The notes under the pieces were generated by a model. It was not told where the DNA came from. It saw only the letters and a program-made list of their open reading frames with translations, and made no database searches. This document shows positions 10,040-19,944 of a stretch of DNA of 64,000 nt, piece after piece. Both the position numbers and the translations under genes were made by a program. Source of the DNA: an uncultured Nitrospiraceae bacterium (lineage in GTDB: Bacteria; Nitrospirota; Thermodesulfovibrionia; Thermodesulfovibrionales; UBA6898). Position 1 is the stretch's first letter. Every line of letters starts with the position of its first letter. The stretch covers positions 928,001-992,000 of the forward strand of contig CAWEQH010000010.1 in the NCBI GenBank assembly GCA_963811165.1, read 5' to 3'.

Positions 10040-11549
10040 TTAAGGCTGAAACCCTTTCTTGAAGTCCGTGATCGCAGCGACCAGTTTGGCCTTGAGATCA
10101 TCGTCGATCGCCTTCTTTCTGTTCGAGTTCCTTCAAGACGTCGGCCTTGCGGTCCTTCATATAGCGGAGGATCTCCTCCTCGAATTTCCTTACGGATTCG
10201 ACGGGTATGTCGTCGATGAATCCCTGTGTAGCGGCAAATAGTACCGTGACCTGTTCAACCATGGACATAGGGACGTACTGGCCCTGCTTAAGGAGTTCGA
10301 CCATCCTCTTACCTCTTTCGATCTGAGCGAGGGTAGACTTATCGAGGTCGCTTCCGAACTGCGCAAACGCAGCAAGTTCCCTGAACTGTGCAAGGTCGAG
10401 CCTGAGCGTACCGGCCACCTGCTTCATAGCCTTCGTCTGGGCGGCGCCGCCGACACGACTGACCGAAAGTCCGACGTTGACCGCGGGTCTCACGCCGGCA
10501 TAGAAAAGTTCCGGTTCGAGGTATATCTGACCGTCAGTGATCGAGATAACGTTAGTCGGGATATAGCCCGAAACGTCACCGGCCTGCGTCTCGATGATCG
10601 GCAGTGCCGTCAAAGACCCGCCGCCGAGCGCATCAGAAACTCTCGCGGCCCTTTCAAGAAGCCTCGAATGGAGATAGAAAACGTCGCCAGGGAAAGCCTC
10701 TCGACCCGGCGGACGTCTAAGAAGAAGTGAGAGCTGCCTGTAGGCGGTCGCCTGCTTACTCAAGTCATCATATATGATCAAAGCGTGTCTGCCGCTGTCC
10801 CTGAAAAATTCTCCCATTGCGCAACCGGTATATGGGGCGATATATTGAAGTGGGGCAGGCTCGCTCGCCGTTGAGGAAACGATGATCGTATGTTCCATGG
10901 CGCCGTTTTCTTCGAGCGTCTTCATGACGCGGGCGACGTTCGAACGCTTCTGACCGATCGCCACATAGATGCAGGTCACGTCCCCGCCCCTTTGGTTGAT
11001 GATCGCATCTATGCCGATTGCGGTTTTTCCCGTCTGACGGTCGCCGATGATAAGCTCTCTTTGTCCCCTTCCGACCGGGATCATCGAGTCTATAGCCTTA
11101 AGTCCCGTCTGAAGCGGCTGGTTGACCGGCTGCCTTTCGATGATACCTGGGGCGACCATGTCGACGATCCTCAGTTCCTTGGTGTTGATGGGGCCTTTCC
11201 CGTCGATAGGCTGGCCGATGGCGTTGACGACCCTTCCGCGAAGTTCATCGCCTACGGGGACCGACATGATCCTGCCGGTACGCTTCACCACGTCCCCTTC
11301 ATGGATAAGTGAGTCTTCGCCGAAGAGGACCGCTCCGACGCTGTCTTCTTCCAGGTTGAGGGCCATGCCCATAACTCCGCCGGGGAACTCTAAAAGTTCC
11401 GACGACATGCATTTGTCGAGGCCGTAGACCCTGGCGATACCGTCACCTACGGAGATTACCGTGCCGACTTCGCTTACATCGACCTTCTTTTCAAAGTCAG
11501 TTATCTGTTTCCTTAAAAGCTCACTTATCTCGTCTACTTTAATCTCCAT
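10040..11549 (-). CDS. atpA: ATP synthase F1 alpha subunit, +1 frameshift near 10116-10118
   Basis: [20 protein letters not shown]. Removing one A restores the C-terminus [25 protein letters not shown] (502 aa). Confidence 0.97.
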
Positions 11550-11553
11550 CTGA

Positions 11554-12093
11554 TCACCCCTTTATAAGCTCATCTTTTAGAAGCCTAAGTTGGCCTTTTA
11601 CGCTGCTGTCATACATGGTGCTGCCCACCTTTACGAGAACCCCGCCAAAAAGAGATGGGTCGAGCACATATTCAATGTCGACGTCCCTCTCGATCAGTTT
11701 CTTCAGTGACGCCTTGAGTCTCTCCTCGTGGTTCTTGCTCACCTCAACCGGCGTCATAACCACCGCCTTTGCGCGCTTCTTCTTTTCCAGATAAAGCGCG
11801 GTCGCAATTTTTATGATGTCAGAAAGGGCCGCGATCACCTTGATAGCGGTAAGGTGCATAACAAACTTGACGACCTTGTCGGAAAGTCCTGCCTTCGCGG
11901 CTACCTGCTGGAACGCCTTTTCCCTCTCTGCACCTGTAAAGCCCGGGTTCACGAGAAGGCTGCCGAACTCCCTGCTCTTTTGCATCAGGTCCGCAACCAT
12001 GCCGAGTTCGGCCAAGGCCTTGGGCATCTCCTCGACGCCCACTACGCTGATCAATGTCTTTGCGTATTTCTTTGCCTGTTTTACCGGTTTCAA
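11554..12093 (-). CDS. atpH: ATP synthase delta subunit
   Basis: [33 protein letters not shown]; operon position. Confidence 0.95.
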   Translation of the reverse strand: MKPVKQAKKYAKTLISVVGVEEMPKALAELGMVADLMQKSREFGSLLVNPGFTGAEREKAFQQVAAKAGLSDKVVKFVMHLTAIKVIAALSDIIKIATALYLEKKKRAKAVVMTPVEVSKNHEERLKASLKKLIERDVDIEYVLDPSLFGGVLVKVGSTMYDSSVKGQLRLLKDELIKG

Positions 12094-12686
12094 TTTTTTC
12101 CCTCGATCTTTGTAACGGATTCTTCAAGCAACTTCAGCTGCTCTTCCTTTGTCAGTTTCTCCCTGAGTTTCTTTTCGGCGAGCTCCATTGCTATCTCGAC
12201 AGCCTCTTTCTTGATCGTCGCCTTCGCCAGCTTCACCTCGAAATCTATGTTTGTCTTCGCCTGTTCCAAGATCTTTTCCTTCAGTTTGTCGCCCTCTTCT
12301 GTTAGCCTGCCCTTCTCATTTTCACCTGACAGTTTCGCGGAGGCGATGATCTCCTCAACCTCTTTGTCCATCGTCTTGAGCCTGCCTTCTACTTCGGCAA
12401 GAGCCTTCTGCGCAAGTTCCTTGGCCTCCCTCGCCTCCTTAAGGCTCTGTTCAATAAGCTCAGTTCTCTTCCTGAAAAATCCCTTGATATCGCCTTTCTT
12501 CATCGCATATGTCAAAAGGACGATGAGGAGTATGAAATTTATGACGGGCCAGAAATACGCCTTTAAGAGCGAGGGCTCAGCCTCTGTGCCTTCACCTGCA
12601 AACACCGCAACACAGGTGAAAAGTAAAAAACAAGCAGTAAACAGTGCGTAATGAAAGACCTTTGAACTCTGAACTTTTTTCATCAT
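12090..12686 (-). CDS. atpF: ATP synthase F0 subunit b
   Basis: WPVINFILLIVLL TM followed by a long charged coiled coil; N-terminal extension. Confidence 0.92.
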   Translation of the reverse strand: MMKKVQSSKVFHYALFTACFLLFTCVAVFAGEGTEAEPSLLKAYFWPVINFILLIVLLTYAMKKGDIKGFFRKRTELIEQSLKEAREAKELAQKALAEVEGRLKTMDKEVEEIIASAKLSGENEKGRLTEEGDKLKEKILEQAKTNIDFEVKLAKATIKKEAVEIAMELAEKKLREKLTKEEQLKLLEESVTKIEGKN

Positions 12687-13105
12687 GCCTTTACCAACTT
12701 CCTGACGATCTCATCGGAGAATTTCTCTACGTCTCCTCTGAGCGCCTGTGTTGCCTTTGCGACCTCGGCCTTCAGCTCCTCCCTCGCCTTCTGGAGCAGG
12801 TCGGCTGCTGCTGCTTCAGCGCTGGAAAGGGCCTGCTTCTGGGTGTTAAGGCCTTCATTCCTCATGTTCTCAAATACACCCTTTGCCTTCTTCCTCGCCT
12901 CTGCAATCTCCTTGTTCATCTTTTCGATGCCGGCCTCTTTGCTGGCGTCCATGTCCTTGGCGGCATCGAGGAACCCCTTGGTCGAGGCCTCTCTGTCCTT
13001 GAATATCTTGAGAAGCGGTTTATAAAGAATGATATTGAGGACGAACATCAGGACAATAAAATTTGCAGCTAAAATTAAAAGCCAGTTGACGTGTATGTCA
13101 AGCAT
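12683..13105 (-). CDS. atpF: ATP synthase F0 subunit b'
   Basis: ANFIVLMFVLNIILYKPL TM plus coiled coil; first gene of the operon. Confidence 0.9.
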   Translation of the reverse strand: MLDIHVNWLLILAANFIVLMFVLNIILYKPLLKIFKDREASTKGFLDAAKDMDASKEAGIEKMNKEIAEARKKAKGVFENMRNEGLNTQKQALSSAEAAAADLLQKAREELKAEVAKATQALRGDVEKFSDEIVRKLVKA

Positions 13106-13148
13106 CTTATCCCTCTTTTATCGAGATTTTTTGCTTAGAAACTCACGA

Positions 13149-13177
13149 AGATTAGCATAGGGACAAAAGTTTGTCAA
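13149..13177 (-). promoter_or_regulatory. Sigma70 promoter of the atp operon
   Basis: Minus strand TTGACA-17 bp-TAATCT with extended -10 TG. Confidence 0.7.
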
Positions 13178-13377
13178 GATTTTTTATATTTAAAAATAAG
13201 AGGTTACCTAAAGATTTACCTATAGGCTGATAAGTAATTTTTATTATTATTCTATAAAAACCTGAATTTGCGGGCCCAATTCGTGTTTATTGTAAAGACA
13301 AGGCTTTCTTGACCCGCATCACGGGACTGGGATAAAATGAGCAGTATGGTAAGTGGAAGGTCTGCGCCGGTAATATA

Positions 13378-13764
13378 ATGAGTCCTATTTTCTCAGTGCT
13401 GCTCATGGTAAATAATTACTGTCATGACATCGCTACGGCGATGCTTGCGGCAAGCGGCATTACGATGTGGGTAATAATGAGGCAGCTCGAAAAAACAGGA
13501 AGCCGCGAAGTCCTGTCACTGCTGTTTTCCCTCTATGGCAGCATTTCAAAGATCGTCACATTCTCTCTTATATGGATCGCCGTCGGCGCAGTACCGAGGA
13601 TCCTGACATTCTCGACTTTCGAATTCGCCGATGCCCTTGCCGATAACCGCCTGCCCGGATTGATGGCCAGGCATATCTTTTCTTTCGCGATGGCCCTTGC
13701 CGGCGCATATCTCTGGATCTCGCTTATCAAAAGGATAAAAGAGTTAAGGGGCCAGACGTTATAG
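13378..13764 (+). CDS. Hypothetical membrane protein
   Basis: 128-aa ORF with several hydrophobic segments, upstream of mutS2. Confidence 0.7.
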   Translation: MSPIFSVLLMVNNYCHDIATAMLAASGITMWVIMRQLEKTGSREVLSLLFSLYGSISKIVTFSLIWIAVGAVPRILTFSTFEFADALADNRLPGLMARHIFSFAMALAGAYLWISLIKRIKELRGQTL

Positions 13765-13798
13765 GTGCATAGGCCTGCCCTTCCCGCCTGAAAAAACC

Positions 13799-16159
13799 AT
13801 GGATAAGACCTCTCTTGATTCCCTCGAATTTCATAAACTCCTTGAACTGGTCGCAGGATTGACACACAGCGAAGCCTCGGAAAAAGCCGTGCGGGAAATC
13901 GTCCCCTTCGACCGGATGCAGGACATACTCACAAGACAGGGCCGCGTCCTGGAAATCATGCGGATGTCCGATGAGGGGACGCCTCTGAGGATTTCCTATT
14001 TCCCAGACATATCTTCCCTTATCGCCAAGGTCAGGCCCGAAGGCGCCGTGCTCGACGGGCATGAGGTCGCAGGTTTTATTCCGGTGCTCGACATTTCCGG
14101 AGACATCTCCTCGCAGACTCACGAAAACGACTGGCTGCCCTTTCTCAGGGAATTGGCCTCAGGACTCACAGGCTTTCCCGACCTGCTTCGCATGCTAAAA
14201 AGGTCCGTCGACAGCGAGGGCAATATCCTCGACAGCGCATCCGCCCTGCTTGCCGACCTGAGAGAACAGATAAGGAGGCTCGAGGGCCGCATCAGGAAAA
14301 AGCTCGAGGAGATGGTGAGGGACGACAATATCGCCATCTTTCTCCAGGACAATTTTGTTACGAAGAGGTCCGGCAGGTGGGTGATACCGGTGCGGATGGA
14401 TGCGAAGGGACAGGTAGCCGGCGTCGTGCACGACGTTTCAAAATCGGGAGAGACCGCCTTTATGGAGCCGCTTGCGATCATCCATATCGCAAACGAACTC
14501 GAGAACCTCGTTGCAGAGCAGAAGGCCGAAGAAATACGCATCCTGAGGAGCATTTCCTCCAAGATCCGGGAGTCGGCTGAGGGCATCAGCGCCGAATATT
14601 CTGTCCTCGTTCATCTGGACCTCCTTAATGCGATCAGCGGCCTGGCCGACAAACTGCACATGGAAATACCTCGGGTTATGGACTCCGGCAGCATCACCCT
14701 TATTGGAGCGCGACATCCCCTTTTGCTTCTGGCACTGAGGAGAACAGGCGGGTCAAGGGAAGTCGTCCCACTGGATGTCAGTCTCGGGGACGATAACACT
14801 GTTATGGTAATAACCGGATCGAACGCCGGCGGCAAGACAATCTCAATAAAAACGGTCGGCCTGCTCTTAGTCATGGCTCTTTCGGGAATGCCGGTCCCTG
14901 CTTCCTCCTCATCGGCCTTTCCCCTCGTACGCAGGTTGCTGGTGGACATAGGCGACGAACAGTCGATCGAAAGCAGCCTGTCGACATTTTCCGCGCATGT
15001 GGCCAACATATCGAGGATACTGAAGGCCGCGGAGCCGATGTCCCTTGTCCTCATCGATGAACTCGGTACCGGCACCGACCCCGACGAGGGTGGCGCTCTG
15101 GCATGCGCGGTGCTGAAGGAATTGAGGGAAAGCCGTGCGCTTGTCTTTGCGACAACCCACCTGTCCGAAATAAAGGGATATGTGCACAGGACGGAAGGGA
15201 TGGTGAATGCGTCCATGGAATTCGACCAGAAATCCCTAAGCCCGCTCTACAGGCTGCGTATAGGAGAACCAGGACAGTCCCACGCCCTCGAAACGGCAAA
15301 GAGATACGGACTTCCCGAACGCATTATCGATTCCGCAAAGGCCATGCTCGGCGGCATCAAAATCGAGTTCGATGCCCTCATCTCAGACCTCAACCGAAAG
15401 AGGGCCGACTATGAAAAAGGCATCGCTGAACTCGAAAAACAGAAGGCCGACCTCGACGAGAAAAAGAGGTTGATCGAAAAGAGACTTTCCGAGGCGGAAG
15501 CACTGAGAAAGGAGTCGCTCGAAAAGGCCTACACCGAGGCTTCTGAAATCGTGAGTGTGGTGAAGAGGCAGATGCATGCGCTCATGGAAGATATGAAGAA
15601 AGCGGAGAAGGCCAAAAGCCGGGACATACTAAAGGAAGTCGGCGAAAGCCAAAAGCAGATATCCCAAAAACTCAGGGAATATGATACGGCTGACATGGGC
15701 TCTCCCTCAGTGGATGACCTCAAAGAGGGCGACACTGTTTTTGTGAGGTCGTTAGGCTATGACGCATCGGTGCTGAAGATCAGCAGTAATCAGCGCCTGA
15801 GAGTTATAGCGGGCGACAAGGAGATAGAGATACCCGTGAGTGATGTCGGTATCGGGCGTGGAAAACCTGTAGGCAAGGATGCCGTTCAGATAAAGACAGA
15901 CACCGGCGATGAACCCGTTTCAACCAGGCTCATGCTTATAGGCACGAGGGTCGAAGAGGCCCTTTCGAGGCTTGAGCCGTTCCTAAACCATGCCTCTCTG
16001 GCGGGTCTTTCAGAGGTGACCGTAATCCACGGGTTGGGGACGGGAGCTCTGTCGCGCGCGGTAAGGGAACATCTTGAAGGACATCCACTGGTAAAGAAAT
16101 TTCGTAAGGGGGAACAGTCCGAAGGGGGCAACGGGGTAACGATTGTAACTCTGACATAA
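13799..16159 (+). CDS. mutS2: Endonuclease MutS2
   Basis: ITGSNAGGKT, DIGDEQSIE, DELGTGTDP, coiled coil, Smr domain IHGLGTGAL...GGNGVT. Confidence 0.97.
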   Translation: MDKTSLDSLEFHKLLELVAGLTHSEASEKAVREIVPFDRMQDILTRQGRVLEIMRMSDEGTPLRISYFPDISSLIAKVRPEGAVLDGHEVAGFIPVLDISGDISSQTHENDWLPFLRELASGLTGFPDLLRMLKRSVDSEGNILDSASALLADLREQIRRLEGRIRKKLEEMVRDDNIAIFLQDNFVTKRSGRWVIPVRMDAKGQVAGVVHDVSKSGETAFMEPLAIIHIANELENLVAEQKAEEIRILRSISSKIRESAEGISAEYSVLVHLDLLNAISGLADKLHMEIPRVMDSGSITLIGARHPLLLLALRRTGGSREVVPLDVSLGDDNTVMVITGSNAGGKTISIKTVGLLLVMALSGMPVPASSSSAFPLVRRLLVDIGDEQSIESSLSTFSAHVANISRILKAAEPMSLVLIDELGTGTDPDEGGALACAVLKELRESRALVFATTHLSEIKGYVHRTEGMVNASMEFDQKSLSPLYRLRIGEPGQSHALETAKRYGLPERIIDSAKAMLGGIKIEFDALISDLNRKRADYEKGIAELEKQKADLDEKKRLIEKRLSEAEALRKESLEKAYTEASEIVSVVKRQMHALMEDMKKAEKAKSRDILKEVGESQKQISQKLREYDTADMGSPSVDDLKEGDTVFVRSLGYDASVLKISSNQRLRVIAGDKEIEIPVSDVGIGRGKPVGKDAVQIKTDTGDEPVSTRLMLIGTRVEEALSRLEPFLNHASLAGLSEVTVIHGLGTGALSRAVREHLEGHPLVKKFRKGEQSEGGNGVTIVTLT

Positions 16160-16160
16160 T

Positions 16161-16189
16161 AAAAGGCAGGGGTAAACCCCCTGCCTTTT
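16161..16189. terminator. Bidirectional Rho-independent terminator
   Basis: aaaaggcagggg-taaac-cccctgcctttt between convergent genes. Confidence 0.85.
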
Positions 16190-16210
16190 ATGGTAAGACG
16201 ATCACTTATC

Positions 16211-16567
16211 TTACTTCTTTTCGTCGGCTTTCTTTTCGCCAGCTGCCTTGTCTTCAGCCGCCTTCTTCTTGGCTGCCGCCTTCTCCTCAGCTGCTGCCTT
16301 CTTGGCTGCCTTCTTCTCAGCTGCTGCCTTCTTCTTGGCTGCCTTCTTCTCAGCTGCTGCTTTCTTCTTGGCTGCCTTCTTCTCAGCTGGAGTCATCTTC
16401 TCAGGAGCTGCCTGGTCGTCAGCTGCCTTCTTGTCGGTAGAGACTGCCTTCTTGTCAGCTGCCTTCTTGTCGGCTGCCATCGGAGCTGTTGTATCAGCAG
16501 CGAACGAAACTGCTGAAATAGCAAACACGAAAAGAACTGCAACGATCATCGCGATAAACTTCTTCAT
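16211..16567 (-). CDS. Secreted Lys/Ala-rich low-complexity protein (118 aa)
   Basis: ATG 16567 with RBS; signal peptide MKKFIAMIVAVLFVFAISAVSFA; repeats of AEKKAAKKKAA and ADKKA. Confidence 0.85.
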   Translation of the reverse strand: MKKFIAMIVAVLFVFAISAVSFAADTTAPMAADKKAADKKAVSTDKKAADDQAAPEKMTPAEKKAAKKKAAAEKKAAKKKAAAEKKAAKKAAAEEKAAAKKKAAEDKAAGEKKADEKK

Positions 16568-16620
16568 TGATATCACCACCTTCCTAAATAGATTGGTTAC
16601 TACTTCCGTTTGCTTCCATA

Positions 16621-16636
16621 TCCAAGAAATGTGCCA
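16621..16636 (-). promoter_or_regulatory. Possible sigma54 promoter of the Lys/Ala-rich protein
   Basis: Minus strand TGGCACATTTCTTGGA: canonical -24 TGGCAC, -12 TTGG variant. Confidence 0.5.
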
Positions 16637-16752
16637 TCCTGAATAGACAATAAAATCAATTCCTTGCAACCACCCAAATTAATAATATATATATTTCATC
16701 CTCTTTTGAGAAATAGTTATACCTTTTAGGGAATTAGGAAACTAAGAGCTGC

Positions 16753-17286
16753 TCAGTCCCCCTCAAACTCGGTCAACGAAAATATCTTATATCCTTTTTC
16801 TTCGAGCCTCTTTTCCCCGCCAACTTCGGGAAGGTTGACGATAAAGGCCATTTCAGAGACTATTCCCCCGAGTTTCTCGATCAGGGTGGCCGCGGCAAGA
16901 GCAGTCCCCCCTGTTGCCAGGAGGTCGTCGATGAGGAGGACCTTCTCTCCCTTTGTTATGGCGTCCCTGTGCATCTCAATAACGTCCGTCCCGTATTCGA
17001 GTTCGTACTCATGACTGACCGTCTCGGCAGGGAGCTTGCCCTTTTTTCTCACCGGGACAAAACCTTTGCAAAGGGTATAGGAGAGAGCTCCTCCTATAAT
17101 GAACCCGCGGGATTCGATGCCAACGATAACGTCGAAATCCACGTCTCCTTTTATATACCTTTGGGTCAGACCGTCTATCACAAGCCTGAACCCGACGGGG
17201 TCCTTTATGAGTGTCGTGATGTCCCTGAACATTATCCCTTTCTTAGGATGATCAGGGATAGTCCTTATCTTCGATTTGATCGGCAT
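16753..17286 (-). CDS. apt: Adenine phosphoribosyltransferase
   Basis: FRDITTL, ESRGF, RKKGKLP, LEYG, LIDDLLATGGT. Confidence 0.97.
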   Translation of the reverse strand: MPIKSKIRTIPDHPKKGIMFRDITTLIKDPVGFRLVIDGLTQRYIKGDVDFDVIVGIESRGFIIGGALSYTLCKGFVPVRKKGKLPAETVSHEYELEYGTDVIEMHRDAITKGEKVLLIDDLLATGGTALAAATLIEKLGGIVSEMAFIVNLPEVGGEKRLEEKGYKIFSLTEFEGD

Positions 17287-17299
17287 CGCCTTCCTCCTG

Positions 17300-18064
17300 T
17301 CACCTGCATGAGCAGTCCGTATTATTGATTTTCGGAATCGTCTTTATTATCAGTCCCTTAACGTTTTCCGCGTTCTTTTTCATTATGGACAGTATCATCT
17401 CCCACGTTACCGGCTCTTCTCCTTCTTTCCAGCAGTCGTAATCCGTCGACATAGCGATAGTCTGGTAGCAGATGCCGGCTTCCCTCGCGAGAACTACCTC
17501 GGGGACGGTAGACATGTTGATCACGTCCGCACCGAGTTTCCTGAACATGAAAGATTCGGCCTTCGTCGAAAACCTTGGTCCTTCGATCGTCACGACAGTG
17601 CCCTTTTTATGATGCCTGAGCCCGAGCTGTTTTGCAGAGTCTACGAGCAGCGCGCGGAGATACCCGCAGAAGGGTTCTGCCATTGGGGTATGGATCACCT
17701 TTTTGTCATGGAAGGTAAGGAGCCTGCGCCTGGTAAAGTCGATGAACTGGTCTACGAAGACCAGGTCTCCCGGCCTCATCTTTTCCCTCAGGGACCCAAC
17801 CGCGGTAGTAGCCAGGATGTGAGTGCACCCCTCCTTTTTGAGCGCATGGATATTCGCCCGGTAATTCACACCCGTAGGATAAATGGAATGGTCCTTCCCG
17901 TGCCGTGCCAGTATGACGGCATCGACACCGTGTATCTCCCCTATAGTAAGTGCAGACGACGGATTTCCATAGGGAGTCCTTACCTTCTTTTCTTTCATGC
18001 CTTTCATCAGCCCGGGGTCGTCCAGGCCCGAGCCGCCGATAATGCCTATCTTTACGTTGGCCAT
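17300..18064 (-). CDS. mtnP: S-methyl-5'-thioadenosine phosphorylase
   Basis: [39 protein letters not shown]. Confidence 0.95.
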   Translation of the reverse strand: MANVKIGIIGGSGLDDPGLMKGMKEKKVRTPYGNPSSALTIGEIHGVDAVILARHGKDHSIYPTGVNYRANIHALKKEGCTHILATTAVGSLREKMRPGDLVFVDQFIDFTRRRLLTFHDKKVIHTPMAEPFCGYLRALLVDSAKQLGLRHHKKGTVVTIEGPRFSTKAESFMFRKLGADVINMSTVPEVVLAREAGICYQTIAMSTDYDCWKEGEEPVTWEMILSIMKKNAENVKGLIIKTIPKINNTDCSCR

Positions 18065-18146
18065 GCACTCTCCTCAAACAGTTCGATTCGCGTAAAAAGA
18101 TATCCGAAGGGAAGAAGGCTTGTCAAGAAAACGGACGCCCGACGAC

Positions 18147-18794
18147 CTACCCTTTTTTCGCCTGCCCCCGGAGCCAATCCATCCACTGAGAAATGCCCTC
18201 GCCGGTCCTGCAGGAGACTTCGAATATCTCTAGTTTGGGGTTGAGGGATGAGGCGTCTCGTTTGATCTTGCCGATATCGACGTCCGTATGAGGCAGCAGG
18301 TCGATCTTATTGAGGATAAGCGCCGAGGACTCCTGAAACATAAGGGGATATTTGAGAGGCTTATCATGGCCCTCGGCAATGCTCAGGAGCATCACCTTCA
18401 TGTCCTCGCCGACCTTGAATTCGGCCGGGCAGACGAGATTGCCCACGTTTTCGATAAACAGGACGTCTATCTCACTAAGCGGAAGGTCCCCCAGCACATC
18501 GGAGATCATGTTTGCGTCGAGGTGGCAGGCCCCTCCCGTATTGATCTGTACGACCGGGGCCCCGAATTTTTCGATTCTCTCCGCATCATCGCTGCCGGCG
18601 ATATCGCCTTCTATGACGCCGATCCTAAGGTCTTTTTTGCCCGAGAGGGTTTTTTCGAGCAATGACGTCTTTCCCGCACCCGGCCCGCTCATGAGATTGA
18701 CTACGAACACCCCTGCACGGTCGAATATTTTCCTGTTTTCAAGCGCAATCCTGTCGTTTGCTTCGAGGATCTTTGTTGCGACCTTAACTTTCAT
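18147..18794 (-). CDS. hypB: Hydrogenase nickel-incorporation GTPase HypB
   Basis: GPGAGKTS, NTGGACHLDA, ENVGNLVCPA, KPLKYP. Confidence 0.96.
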   Translation of the reverse strand: MKVKVATKILEANDRIALENRKIFDRAGVFVVNLMSGPGAGKTSLLEKTLSGKKDLRIGVIEGDIAGSDDAERIEKFGAPVVQINTGGACHLDANMISDVLGDLPLSEIDVLFIENVGNLVCPAEFKVGEDMKVMLLSIAEGHDKPLKYPLMFQESSALILNKIDLLPHTDVDIGKIKRDASSLNPKLEIFEVSCRTGEGISQWMDWLRGQAKKG

Positions 18795-19135
18795 GAAACC
18801 TCCATATCGATTACATCCAGTTCGCGTCCACCGGTCATGCGGAACGACCCTCCCCCGCAGCGCGGACAGCCCAAAACATACTCCTCTTCGGTGGTAAAGG
18901 TATTATTGCAATCAAAACAGTGGCCCGAGACAGGGACCTCTTCTATCTCAAGGACCGCCTCTTTCGCCAAGGAGTCCTCTTTAAGCGCTTCGAATGCAAA
19001 AACAAGGGCGTCAGTCATAATGCCCGACGCCCTGCCGATCTTCAGGTGTATCGATTCTATCTTGCGGTAACCGCTCCTTTTACACTGACTGGAAACTATT
19101 TCAAGCAGGCTTGCAGCTATCGAAGCCTCATGCAT
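18791..19135 (-). CDS. hypA: Hydrogenase nickel chaperone HypA
   Basis: True start MHEASIA at 19135; CFDC and CPRC zinc pairs; GGREL. Confidence 0.95.
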   Translation of the reverse strand: MHEASIAASLLEIVSSQCKRSGYRKIESIHLKIGRASGIMTDALVFAFEALKEDSLAKEAVLEIEEVPVSGHCFDCNNTFTTEEEYVLGCPRCGGGSFRMTGGRELDVIDMEVS

Positions 19136-19445
19136 TTTGCTCTTTGGAAAGTCTCTCTTTCTCCCTATCGTAGGCCTCTTTGCCCGCCTCAATCGCCGAC
19201 TTCACGATAGATTTCTTCTGTTCGTAAAGTCCCTTGCCCTCGTCTACATAGGACGTGAGCTTCTCCTTGGTCTTCTCAACGTAATCCGTTGTCTTGTCCT
19301 TTACGTCGTCCGTAAGATCCTTGATCTTCTTCCTCGTTTCTTCACCGGACTGCGGGGCAAGAAGGAGCGCAAGCCCCGCCCCGACCAAACCGCCCAAAAG
19401 AAACGACAACAGCATCGAACCTGAACTGTAACCCTCGTCTTTCAT
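19128..19445 (-). CDS. YtxH-like protein
   Basis: FLLGGLVGAGLALLLAPQSGEETRKKI signature. Confidence 0.9.
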   Translation of the reverse strand: MKDEGYSSGSMLLSFLLGGLVGAGLALLLAPQSGEETRKKIKDLTDDVKDKTTDYVEKTKEKLTSYVDEGKGLYEQKKSIVKSAIEAGKEAYDREKERLSKEQNA

Positions 19446-19825
19446 TCTCTCTCTCCTTTTTTCAGTATATGAGCTAATAAATATCCGAGTCCGGCCCTCA
19501 TCCCGGCCTTCATGCTGACGGCCTTGACGGCAGTCGACGCGCCTAAACTCCCGATAAGAGTGTTCACCGCGCCGACCGTCCTGCCCATTTCGCCGACTGA
19601 ATGAGAAAGCTGCTTCACCTCTTCGGTAACAACACCGACATTGTCGGTAATTGTTCTGGCGCTTTTAAGCATAAGATTGAGTTCCTCCAGGGCAGGATTG
19701 AGATTCTCCTCGGTCATCTTCCTAAGAGAAACGACCGTCCTTTTGAGCTCTATAAGTAAAGGAATAAGATATGCCGCTACGCCTATCAAGACAGCGGCTA
19801 TCACTGCCATCAAGACTATATTCAT
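19442..19825 (-). CDS. DUF948/YoxC-like membrane-anchored coiled-coil protein
   Basis: N-terminal TM then heptad helix; usual partner of YtxH. Confidence 0.8.
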   Translation of the reverse strand: MNIVLMAVIAAVLIGVAAYLIPLLIELKRTVVSLRKMTEENLNPALEELNLMLKSARTITDNVGVVTEEVKQLSHSVGEMGRTVGAVNTLIGSLGASTAVKAVSMKAGMRAGLGYLLAHILKKGERE

Positions 19826-19944
19826 CCCGCCTCCTCCTCACCATTATATCACAGATTCTCCCGATGTCTCGAAAGACCCGCGGTATTTAAATTTTAGTGA
19901 TAAATATATTACATGTAAAGCATTTTATGGTATCCTGTAACGCG

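Noticed and set aside
9089..11549. atpA/atpG as true pseudogenes or programmed frameshifts
   Set aside because: There is no other decay, no recognisable slippery heptamer with stimulator, and the rest of the operon is intact; sequence error is more parsimonious.
16240..16480. Tandem repeats as a possible CRISPR array
   Set aside because: The repeats are contiguous in-frame coding units with no unique spacers, and there are no cas genes.
16190..16646. Plus-strand Leu/Cys-rich and Ala/Phe-rich ORFs resembling Cys-rich peptides
   Set aside because: They are antisense shadows of the Lys/Ala tandem-repeat gene.
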